Source: a virus (taxonomy: Duplodnaviria > Heunggongvirae > Uroviricota > Caudoviricetes). Taken from it: DNA of 47,561 bases. Location: IMG/VR virus record IMGVR_UViG_3300036951_000304. One strand, written 5' to 3'. Below are positions 9,853 to 18,093 of the stretch, piece after piece (positions within the stretch are counted from its first letter, which is position 1; each line of letters starts with the position of its first letter). The notes under the pieces are model-generated. The model saw only the letters and a list, made by a program, of their open reading frames with translations. It was not told where the DNA came from and did no database searches. Position numbers and translations under genes: made by a program.

Positions 9853-10146
9853 TTAATCCTCTTCTTTCTTTTCTTTGCCGAATTTTTTCCTCAAAAGGTC
9901 TTTCGCGTGCTCAAGGGCACTTTTCCTGGCATCGGAAATCTTGTCACCGGCCCTATTGATATAAAAATTGAGCCTGCTCATAGCCTGTTTCAAATCATCA
10001 CTCTGCGAATGAAGAACTTTCGCGATGTTCTCGGCGCTCGATGTGAAAAGACCTTCCGGTGGCTCCCATTTGGTTGACACCTCACCTGACCATAATTTCT
10101 CATTGACAAGGAAAAGGTCAATTCTTTCTAAAAGGTCGCGTTTCAT
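9853..10146 (-). CDS. DUF3175-like protein
   Basis: KLWSGEV...EGLFTSSAENIAKVL...AMSRLNFYINRAG...LEHAKDLLRKKFG matches the DUF3175 signature as recalled. Confidence 0.75.
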   Translation of the reverse strand: MKRDLLERIDLFLVNEKLWSGEVSTKWEPPEGLFTSSAENIAKVLHSQSDDLKQAMSRLNFYINRAGDKISDARKSALEHAKDLLRKKFGKEKKEED

Positions 10147-10478
10147 TGTATTCCTCCCGTTTTATCTAGCTGTTCCTTTACTTTCTCTCGTTCTCTGATA
10201 ACATTGTTATAATCTTCCCGTAAATCCTGATCACTTGGATATTTCTTCATCAGGATTTTGAGATTGACCATCTGATCTGTAAGGGTCGTGTATCTCTGTT
10301 GCAATCTGTCTCTTTGATAATCCTGTTTGAATTGCTGAAAGGTTTGAACTGTTTGCTGCTCCATTTGCGCCAGTTCTTTACTCCTCGCATATCTGCTATC
10401 AAGACCAAAAAGTGAACTTACAAGACCAAGAATAATACCCATTGTTATAAGTATATTTTTCACATTTATCTCTGGCAT
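10143..10478 (-). CDS. Single-pass membrane protein with coiled coil
   Basis: Hydrophobic ILITMGIILGLVSSLFGL followed by a helical Q/E-rich tail. Start set by the late promoter and RBS geometry. Confidence 0.7.
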   Translation of the reverse strand: MPEINVKNILITMGIILGLVSSLFGLDSRYARSKELAQMEQQTVQTFQQFKQDYQRDRLQQRYTTLTDQMVNLKILMKKYPSDQDLREDYNNVIREREKVKEQLDKTGGIQ

Positions 10479-10506
10479 ATAATCCACCCCCATACTTTGT
10501 CAATAG

Positions 10507-10514
10507 TATTTATA
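10507..10514 (-). promoter_or_regulatory. T4-type late promoter TATAAATA (leftward)
   Basis: Exact consensus in the divergent intergenic gap. Confidence 0.75.
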
Positions 10515-10532
10515 TTTATTTACTGTCTTTCC

Positions 10533-10540
10533 TATAAATA
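10533..10540 (+). promoter_or_regulatory. T4-type late promoter TATAAATA (rightward, PAS operon)
   Basis: Exact consensus about 35 nt upstream of ATG 10576, followed by a GGAGG RBS. Confidence 0.75.
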
Positions 10541-10575
10541 ATACTGAATATTCGTCATTCGGGCGGTGGAGGTTT

Positions 10576-11550
10576 ATGGGAAACGATATTTGTCAGAAAA
10601 CCGTAGATTATTTGAACTATGTTATTGATTTCCTACCTGATATCATTTTCGCGATTGATTTGGACGGCAAAGTCATTGCGTGGAACAAGCAGATGGAAAT
10701 ATTTGCCGGAAAAAGGAAAACAGATGTAATGGGTCTTGGTAGAGAAGCATATTCGACGCCATTTTACGGTTATGACAGGAAACTTCTCATTGATCTGGTA
10801 TTTTCCGAGGATACGGAAACAGAAAATACATATGACAAGTTTTGCAGAAAAAGCGACGGAACAGTTGAGGGGTATATATATATCCCATATCTGAATAGAT
10901 ATATGTGGGGTATGGCATCCCCCATAAAAGACGCTGAGGGGGATATCATCGGTGCCGTTGAATCTATAAGGGATGTTACTGATGTGGTTGACACAAGAAA
11001 AATGGTTAATCTCTCAAGTAAACTTATTGATCATATACCGGAATTGGTCTGGGCAAAGGATATAAACAATAGATATCTGTTTGCAAATAAGAAGTTTATG
11101 GATGTTTTACAGATATCGGATAAAGACATAAGAGGAATAAAATCCTCTGACTTGTTTGGTGAAACAAAATTTGAAGTTTCTGATGATAGAGTAAAGGAAC
11201 TTGGAACGCAAGAATATGTAGATAGTGTAAAAATACCCACCGGAGAAACCATTTGGTTGAAAATATGCAAGATGCCCTTCTTTGATGATAAAAATAGACT
11301 TATAGGAACTATAGGGAGTGCCAGAGATATAACGAAGAAAATAAAAATTACTGAGGAGAGAGATGTAGAAATTAACCGCCTAAAAAAGACCGTTGAAGAA
11401 GAAATAGAAAGCTGGAAAAAAGAAAACGAAGAGAAACACAAAGAGCTATCCATCAAAATATCCCAATCAATAACAATATTAAAAAATCTACAGCTAAGCA
11501 ACGGTGTAATAACCCCATTGGAAAGTAAGAAAGAGGAGCTAATATTTTAA
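10576..11550 (+). CDS. PAS-PAS domain protein with C-terminal coiled coil and no output domain
   Basis: PAS1 IDFLPDIIFAIDLDGKVIAWNKQME...GAVESIRDVT; PAS2 IDHIPELVWAKDINNRYLFANKKF...IGTIGSARDIT. Confidence 0.88.
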   Translation: MGNDICQKTVDYLNYVIDFLPDIIFAIDLDGKVIAWNKQMEIFAGKRKTDVMGLGREAYSTPFYGYDRKLLIDLVFSEDTETENTYDKFCRKSDGTVEGYIYIPYLNRYMWGMASPIKDAEGDIIGAVESIRDVTDVVDTRKMVNLSSKLIDHIPELVWAKDINNRYLFANKKFMDVLQISDKDIRGIKSSDLFGETKFEVSDDRVKELGTQEYVDSVKIPTGETIWLKICKMPFFDDKNRLIGTIGSARDITKKIKITEERDVEINRLKKTVEEEIESWKKENEEKHKELSIKISQSITILKNLQLSNGVITPLESKKEELIF

Positions 11551-12092
11551 TGTCCGAAGAAAGATTAATTCCCGAAACAATAGTCAAGCTATTATTTGAC
11601 CAGATAAAAAGTTCTGCTGACACCAATACATCTTCCATTCAGAAACTTGGTGATGCGATCAATGAAATTACCAAGGTTCAATCTTCTCTCGCAACAAAAA
11701 AAGACCTTATAGATGAGATAAAAGGTCTTGATGGAAAGGAGAGTGAGAGATTAAAATATCTGATTCAGAAAATAGAGAAAACAGAGGAAATACTGGGAAC
11801 AAGAGTAAATGGTGTAGGAAGGAAAGTTGAGGATGAAGAAGATTCCATAAATAAAATAGAAATTATAGAAAAGAAAGTTGATGGTATAGAAAAAAAGGTA
11901 GACGATATATCATCAAAAATAAAGACGATGATAACAGTTGTCATCGTTTCCTTTGCATTGCTACTGGGTGTTTTTTATTTTGTAAAAAGTGCAACCGATG
12001 TTTCTGTCAGAAATGCAATTGAGGGGGCTGTAAAAGAGATAATCACCACAAGACCATCCAATATATATCCACCATCGCCCGGAGGAAGATAA
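11550..12092 (+). CDS. Coiled-coil protein with C-terminal transmembrane helix
   Basis: Heptad-rich body, then MITVVIVSFALLLGVFYFV; TAATG coupling to the PAS gene. Confidence 0.75.
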   Translation: MSEERLIPETIVKLLFDQIKSSADTNTSSIQKLGDAINEITKVQSSLATKKDLIDEIKGLDGKESERLKYLIQKIEKTEEILGTRVNGVGRKVEDEEDSINKIEIIEKKVDGIEKKVDDISSKIKTMITVVIVSFALLLGVFYFVKSATDVSVRNAIEGAVKEIITTRPSNIYPPSPGGR

Positions 12093-12093
12093 G

Positions 12094-12462
12094 ATGAGGT
12101 TGTTGAATTTCTTGAAGAGTATTGAGGAACAGGATGGCGGTATGGTTGGTGCGACTACAACCGCAAGTATCGCCCAATATCCTGTCAGGCTCGGTATTGG
12201 AATTACCAGAAGGGAAGCCACCAAAAATTGGAGAAGATGGAAAAAGAAAAGGAAAAAAGTCGAGGAGCAGGAAGCCAGTATCGGGATGCCTGGTGGTTGG
12301 GGTTCGGCTGGTGGGTCACCCACAACAAAACAAATATTACAGGATCCTGTAAAGCACGATTACGGTATGACAAGAAGGGAAGCCACCAAAAATTGGCGCA
12401 GACGCAAAAAAAGGATGAAGGAATTATTCCAAAATGGCACATCTCATTCAATATCTGATTGA
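12094..12462 (+). CDS. Basic protein with duplicated TRREATKNWRRxKK motif
   Basis: 24-bp exact repeat at 12208-12231 and 12373-12396; MRLLNFLKSIEE leader. Confidence 0.7.
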   Translation: MRLLNFLKSIEEQDGGMVGATTTASIAQYPVRLGIGITRREATKNWRRWKKKRKKVEEQEASIGMPGGWGSAGGSPTTKQILQDPVKHDYGMTRREATKNWRRRKKRMKELFQNGTSHSISD

Positions 12463-13798
12463 ACAGAATATAGACAAAGTAAGATTTGTAGTTCTTACTG
12501 GCAGAAAACCAAATGGTGAAAATGAACTGATCAGGACGGCCAGAGTTATCAAGGAAACTTGTGATAAAAAAGGTGTGCCCTGTTATGTCGTATTTGCTGA
12601 GGATGGATATATTTCCAGAAAGAACGGAAAAGTTTATATCCACAATATTGAAGATGATAAGGGTTTCGAAATCAATTCTCAAGACACGGTTGTTATCGTG
12701 AGAGGAAGCGTCACCAAGTCACAATCAAGCCTTGACCTTCTTTCCCAAATCGAGAGACATAATATCTTTTGTGTAAATCACAGATTGACACTTGAACAAT
12801 GTGCTGACAAGTACAGAACAGCTCTCGTACTTGCGGATGCGGGAGTGTCAACGCCCAAAACAGCCATTGTCAATAACGAAAAGGGTCTGGAAATCGCGTT
12901 CAAGAAAATGGGAAGAAGGTTCCCTGTCATTCTCAAGACATTGACTGGCTCAAAAGGCGTCGGTGTATTTGTCGCAGACAGCTGGGAAGGATTGAAATCA
13001 ACCCTGCAAGCCATCTGGAAAATAAATCATAGTGTTGAAATCATTATGCAGAGATTTCTTGAGGCTGACTATGATCTCCGTGTTCACGTTCTTGGAGATA
13101 AAGTCATCGCGGCAATGAAGAGGAAAAAAATAAAGGGAGATTTCCGCTCCAACTATTCTCTCGGCGGTAAAGTCGAAAAAGTGGAGTTACAGGATGACGA
13201 AATTGAACTCGCCATCGCGGCCTCGAAAGCCGTGGGGGCGACTTGGTGTGGTGTCGATATAATGAGAAACAAGAAGGACAAAAAGCTTTTTGTCCTCGAA
13301 GTCAATTCATCGCCCGGCACAGAGGGGATTGAAAAGGCCACGGGAAAATCGGTTGTAACAAAGGTGGTCAATTACCTTCTGGACAAAAGAAACTGGTCGA
13401 GAAGGCCAATAGAGTGTGGCTACCTTGAGACAATGGAACTGGAAGGCATCGGGCCCGTAGAAGCCAAACTTGATACAGGTAACGGCTCTTTCTGTGTCAT
13501 TCACGCCGAGGAATATGAGGTGGATGGAAATAAAGTTACTTGGCTATTCAACGGAAAGGAAATCACAAGTGAACTTGAAAGTGAAAGAACCATCAAGGTT
13601 GGTGGACTGAAAACTGGAACAGTAGACAGGCCGGTAATCTGGTTGGATGTCAAATTCAGAGGTGAAACTTACAGGATGAGATTTGCCCTGAATTACAGGG
13701 GTGACAGAAAGACTTATCTATTGATGAATAGAAACTTCATTCGTAAGGCAAATCTGATAATCAATCCTCGCAGAAAGCATGTGTTCACGAAAGATTAG
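12434..13798 (+). CDS. rimK: RimK-family ATP-grasp ligase fused to a RimK-associated putative protease domain
   Basis: ATP-grasp motifs CADKYRT, PVILKTLTGSKGVGV, DLRVHVLG, DFRSNYSLGG, GVDIM, LEVNSSPG; C-terminal EAKLDTGNG...RPVI...LMNRNFI. Confidence 0.88.
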   Translation: MAHLIQYLIEQNIDKVRFVVLTGRKPNGENELIRTARVIKETCDKKGVPCYVVFAEDGYISRKNGKVYIHNIEDDKGFEINSQDTVVIVRGSVTKSQSSLDLLSQIERHNIFCVNHRLTLEQCADKYRTALVLADAGVSTPKTAIVNNEKGLEIAFKKMGRRFPVILKTLTGSKGVGVFVADSWEGLKSTLQAIWKINHSVEIIMQRFLEADYDLRVHVLGDKVIAAMKRKKIKGDFRSNYSLGGKVEKVELQDDEIELAIAASKAVGATWCGVDIMRNKKDKKLFVLEVNSSPGTEGIEKATGKSVVTKVVNYLLDKRNWSRRPIECGYLETMELEGIGPVEAKLDTGNGSFCVIHAEEYEVDGNKVTWLFNGKEITSELESERTIKVGGLKTGTVDRPVIWLDVKFRGETYRMRFALNYRGDRKTYLLMNRNFIRKANLIINPRRKHVFTKD

Positions 13799-14403
13799 CT
13801 CAACCTTTTCACAATACCGTCACACATTCCAAGTTTTATTGCTTCCTCCGGACGCAGATATTTATTCCTGTCAATCAGTTTCGTAACATCTTCTGCCGAC
13901 AATTTACATCTTGAAGCAATTTCCTCAATCATCTGGCCCTGTAGAAACTTTATCTCTTCTGTATCAATGACCACATCGGCAAGTGTTCCCCCGTGCCAGG
14001 AACTTATCTGATGGAACATCAATCTGGAATGTGGGGTCATAAACCTTCTTCCCTTCTTACCGTTTATGAAAATAAAGGCGGCCGCCGACATTGCTTTTCC
14101 TATACAGATTGTCCTGATAGGGGATACAATGATGTTCATCATATCCGTTACGGAAAACATACTATCAACTTCACCACCGTAACAGTCAAGTATCAATGTA
14201 ATCTCTTTCAATGGGGCATCAGATTGATAATCCAACAATCTTTCATTTATATCTTTTGCCAGATTTTCGTCAAGGTTCCCCACGATATAGATAATCCTGT
14301 CCATTCTCTTGGCTGTTTTCGGGGGCCCCATCTCCTTCATTATCTCCTGTGGATCAATAATAAAATGAACTTCCTGTGATTCTTTCTTTGTTTTCCTCTT
14401 CAT
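13795..14403 (-). CDS. clpP: ClpP-family protease subunit
   Basis: RIIYIVG, YGGEV, GKAMSAA (catalytic Ser), RLMFHQ (His), PEEAIKLGMCDGIV. Confidence 0.9.
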   Translation of the reverse strand: MKRKTKKESQEVHFIIDPQEIMKEMGPPKTAKRMDRIIYIVGNLDENLAKDINERLLDYQSDAPLKEITLILDCYGGEVDSMFSVTDMMNIIVSPIRTICIGKAMSAAAFIFINGKKGRRFMTPHSRLMFHQISSWHGGTLADVVIDTEEIKFLQGQMIEEIASRCKLSAEDVTKLIDRNKYLRPEEAIKLGMCDGIVKRLS

Positions 14404-14405
14404 CT

Positions 14406-15281
14406 CTACTCACCAAAAAATAAATTCAAGCCCTCACCAGCTGAGCCAGAAAGTAATTCCTTTTTATTCATAGGTTCCAGTAAAATCTCAATCTTGGACA
14501 AGAAGTATTTATCCAGCATTTTGTCGTAATCTATCTGGACAACCTTGTCAAATTCGTGGGGCCATCTCAAAAAGGATATGACATCCAGACCCAAGGCATT
14601 TCTCTTGAGATACACAACCTTGGCCTTTGCCCCGCTATAAATGTCCTCATACTTTTTTTCAAGTTTGAGGTGCTTGAGTAATTTCCTGTAATTATTTATG
14701 CCTCTCAAATGGAATGGAGTTCCCTTCTCAATCTCTCCATCTGCTTTCACAAATTTCTCTATATCACTTGCTCCGATGTTGACTGAAATCTCTTCCGGAT
14801 AAACCCCCTTCAATTCCTTCTTGTACTGCTCTATCTTTTTCAGGATGTTCTCATCCGTTTCGCCGCGGAGGATCATCTCCATCACATCTTTCAATCTCGG
14901 CCTGATGGCCTCCGGTGTGTCAGACCGGATAATTTCCAGACCAGTAACCTTTATCTTGTCAACTGGGGCACCCTCTTCATTGACAGACCAGTAACCATAC
15001 TTCTTCTTCTTCACGAAGAGAGCTGTCTTAGCCACGATTTCCTGTTTGAACTTTATCCTGAAATCGGTAACTGCGGAGTTATACATTTTCCTCTGGACTT
15101 CCCGATAACAAGTCTCGTTCACATAATTTTCTATAATCGAGCCCAGTTCAAGTATCATCTTTATAGCAACATCATCACTATATCTCGATACATCAATTCC
15201 ATTATCAGAAAGGAATTTGCCCGTCGAAATAAACAGGGAATCAGTATCAGCGTATAAAACATAATCAGTTTTCTTTATCAT
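14406..15281 (-). CDS. polB: Family B DNA polymerase, C-terminal part (motif C, palm/thumb)
   Basis: MIKKTDYVLYADTDSLF, FKQEIVA...KKKYG, KVTGLEIIRSDTP. Its ATG lies inside the 3' end of the endonuclease ORF. Confidence 0.92.
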   Translation of the reverse strand: MIKKTDYVLYADTDSLFISTGKFLSDNGIDVSRYSDDVAIKMILELGSIIENYVNETCYREVQRKMYNSAVTDFRIKFKQEIVAKTALFVKKKKYGYWSVNEEGAPVDKIKVTGLEIIRSDTPEAIRPRLKDVMEMILRGETDENILKKIEQYKKELKGVYPEEISVNIGASDIEKFVKADGEIEKGTPFHLRGINNYRKLLKHLKLEKKYEDIYSGAKAKVVYLKRNALGLDVISFLRWPHEFDKVVQIDYDKMLDKYFLSKIEILLEPMNKKELLSGSAGEGLNLFFGE

Positions 15282-15876
15282 AAAAACATTTCCAACCCCT
15301 GTGATGTTTTCTCTTTCCCACAGCAACCGAGGACATCAAGGTTTGTTGTAAGTTATGTTTTTTACAAAAATCTATCAATCCTTTTATTCTATATTCAATG
15401 CCGGCCGGTGAAATGATGATATACTTTTTACTATTCCAATGTAATTCCCCACATCCTGGCTTGCATTTATCTATCCACCATTGGGGTAATTTTTTACCCC
15501 TCGTTGGGTGGGGGCCCCTCTTCTTTGTTTCGCTAATTTTTTTCTTCACATCATCGGGCCGTGATTTACCGAAAAATGGGTGCCTTTCGCCCGGCATCCA
15601 ACCATCACCGCCTTCAGTACAATTATATCCCAATTCTATTGCCCTCGTTTCCTTTATAAAGGAAATTTCCTTTTCGTTTAGCTCATCAACTTTCCCTTTC
15701 CAAAGGACTTCAACATCAAAATTTTCCCAGCCATACTTATCAATGGCCCTTGTAAGTGGAGTTATATTTCTACGATCTTTTTTATGTGATGACATTCTTT
15801 TTTCGAGGCTTGTTACAGTTTTTCCAATATAAAATTTACCATTTATTTTATTTGTAATTTTATAAATTATTGACAT
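15265..15876 (-). mobile_element. GIY-YIG homing endonuclease inserted within the polymerase gene
   Basis: IIYKITNKINGKFYIGKT...R...H, GYN, NUMOD3-like HPFFGKSRPDDVKKKISE, C-terminal HTH-like segment. Confidence 0.92.
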
Positions 15877-15909
15877 ACAAGAAACCAAAATGTATATATG
15901 CTATATAAT

Positions 15910-17667
15910 CTATTTATATTTTTCGAGAAAAGACTTCAATTTTACATCTTTATCTGGATTATTCAGGAAATCATTTACATACCTCTCCCCGGCCTTGATG
16001 GTTTGTCTACCACAGGATGTAATTGCCTCTGATATGTTCACATTGAAATAACGGGAATAGGGAACACTCGTAACACCAAAAACTGCATTGAGTAGGATTT
16101 TGAGTGCGTTCTGTAGTGAATCGAATTGATTTATCCTCTCGTCTGCCCTCTTTTTGTTATCATCCCTCAATTCGGATAAAGATTTTTTCATCTTTATCAT
16201 ATTGTTCTTGATGTCGCGCCTCTTATTGAAAACATCCTTTTCAATCTGGGCGAGCACGCCGGGAGTCTTTGTCGAAAATACCGAACCACAAGGAGCGATA
16301 CTTATCAACTTCTTTTCGATGGCTGTATTGAAGGCCTCAAGTCTCTTACCTGAAAATGTTATCTTTTTCCCGTCCTTGAGAAGATTGAAATCGGGAAAAC
16401 TTCTCTGTCTCACATATTGAATGACGGTATCCTCTGTCATATCGAGCACCCTGCCATAATATGTTTCCGGTGACATATTCAATGTGATTATAGCCGTGGG
16501 ATAAGATGAAGCAATATCCAAATCAACAACCCACTCGTATTTACCTTGTTGTGGTTCCTTGACATATGCCGCCTCAAATGGTTCCTGCTGACCCCCAATG
16601 AATTTCGGGGCACACAATCCATTTCTCCTGTAATGTGTCAACAACAAGCCTTCAATGAGCTGCGTCATCACATCATAGTATTTCATCGGGCTTTTTGTGA
16701 GAAGTGAAAGTGCTTGAACCTGACCTATGTAATTCAATTTTCTGTCAAGCTGGAAAACACGAAGAGAGTCCGTTATATTGTAATCCACAAATAAATCCCA
16801 ATCCTTCTCACACAATTCCCTGATATCCTTGTACTGTGAATAGTCTACCTTGCCTTTCTCCAATTCATATTTGGAAACAAAATCGAGAGAATATCTTTCA
16901 AGTTTTACGGGGGAATACCATTTATAAAGGTCAATATAATCGAGTATGGTCAGGCCGGAGATGTTTATGTTCATCATTCCACTCTTCGATTCCCATATTT
17001 GAACATCGCTAATTGGGGATATCCTCATAAACATTCGTGGGTCATCGAATATTCTTTTGGCCCTGTTTATGAGATAAGGAATGTCAAAATTTGATATAGA
17101 CCAACCGGAGATAACATCGCAGGGAAATTTGTGGAAGAAATTCAGTACCCTTGTCAAGAGGGATTTCTCATTTTCACACTTGATATACCTCACATACTTT
17201 TCCTTGGAAAACTTCCCATTCCTGTAATCCCTCAAGCCAAATACAGTTGTAGTATCTGTATCACTATCATAAATGGATGTGAGACAAATCGGGTCACGGG
17301 CATCTTCCGGATGAGGAAACCCAACTTTGTTATCAACTTCCATATCGAAGAAATACTTCTTGAGTTTTGGAACCTCAATTTCATTTTCCGGTATACCATA
17401 ATATCTCTCGGCAAGAAATTGGATTTCGGGTCTTACCCTGTCCTCAAATATATTGTCCTTGCCCTTCAGGTAGGCAAAGTAATCCGAATAAGATCGGAAC
17501 AGCCTTTTGGTAACGGGTTGGCCGTCTATTGTCTTTACATCACCCTTTTCATACGGGAAAAACACATATGGAACCCAAGGAATTTCTGTATAAAAATTTT
17601 CACCTTTGAGTTGTTCCCAAAGGTGAATAGTGGATGATTTTGTATTGTAATATACATTCTTGAACAT
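15910..17667 (-). CDS. polB: Family B DNA polymerase, N-terminal part (3'-5' exonuclease, motifs A and B)
   Basis: FFDMEV (ExoI), SGWSISNFDIPYL (ExoII), YNITDS (ExoIII), DLDIASSYP (motif A), QNALKILLNAVFG (motif B). Confidence 0.95.
   Translation of the reverse strand: MFKNVYYNTKSSTIHLWEQLKGENFYTEIPWVPYVFFPYEKGDVKTIDGQPVTKRLFRSYSDYFAYLKGKDNIFEDRVRPEIQFLAERYYGIPENEIEVPKLKKYFFDMEVDNKVGFPHPEDARDPICLTSIYDSDTDTTTVFGLRDYRNGKFSKEKYVRYIKCENEKSLLTRVLNFFHKFPCDVISGWSISNFDIPYLINRAKRIFDDPRMFMRISPISDVQIWESKSGMMNINISGLTILDYIDLYKWYSPVKLERYSLDFVSKYELEKGKVDYSQYKDIRELCEKDWDLFVDYNITDSLRVFQLDRKLNYIGQVQALSLLTKSPMKYYDVMTQLIEGLLLTHYRRNGLCAPKFIGGQQEPFEAAYVKEPQQGKYEWVVDLDIASSYPTAIITLNMSPETYYGRVLDMTEDTVIQYVRQRSFPDFNLLKDGKKITFSGKRLEAFNTAIEKKLISIAPCGSVFSTKTPGVLAQIEKDVFNKRRDIKNNMIKMKKSLSELRDDNKKRADERINQFDSLQNALKILLNAVFGVTSVPYSRYFNVNISEAITSCGRQTIKAGERYVNDFLNNPDKDVKLKSFLEKYK
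15911..15918 (-). promoter_or_regulatory. Late promoter TATAAATA for the homing endonuclease
   Basis: Exact consensus overlapping the last codons and TAG of the polymerase N-part, 35 nt upstream of the HEG ATG. Confidence 0.7.
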
Positions 17668-18089
17668 TATTCAATCTCGTATAACGATATCCTCTCGGCA
17701 TTCAGGCCTGCAGTCGCTTTGCCACTTCTCTTCCCAGCTGTCGTGGAAGTTTTCGCTATACCAAAACCTGATAAAGTTGAGAGGCCTTCACCCGCCATAA
17801 TAATATCCGTATAAAACTTTACCAGCTGGGGTTGTGTCAATTCCCTGTCAAGATATTTCTTGATGTTCGTTATTTGTCTCTTGACCCGCGCCTCCCCTTT
17901 TACGTCCATCAATTCCTCGACCATCAAAAGTGTTTCCTGTATCCAATGACGAATAGTTTCCGCCGATACAAATTGTATTTTTGGATACCAGATAGATAGT
18001 GTTGATGAAAGGACAGATTTCAAGTCATCACAAGTGGTATAAAAATTTCCATTCAATATAATTCTGATATTCTCTTTTCTTTTTGCCAT
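17667..18089 (-). CDS. Hypothetical protein
   Basis: ORF coupled by TAATG to the polymerase start; start set at MAKRKEN. Confidence 0.65.
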   Translation of the reverse strand: MAKRKENIRIILNGNFYTTCDDLKSVLSSTLSIWYPKIQFVSAETIRHWIQETLLMVEELMDVKGEARVKRQITNIKKYLDRELTQPQLVKFYTDIIMAGEGLSTLSGFGIAKTSTTAGKRSGKATAGLNAERISLYEIE

Positions 18090-18093
18090 AAAA

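Noticed and set aside
15265-15909. Group I intron or intein in the polymerase
   Set aside because: Only 33 nt of non-coding sequence lie on the 5' side and none on the 3' side. No P7/P9 core or intein C/S...HN termini were recognised. Not fully excluded without a covariance-model search.
15876-15912. TAG read-through or genetic code 15 fusing the polymerase N-part to the in-frame endonuclease
   Set aside because: Two TAGs intervene. Many intact genes here end cleanly in TAG (RimK, UvsW, CCA), gene density is high in the standard code, and no CTA-anticodon tRNA is present. The C-part is in a different frame anyway.
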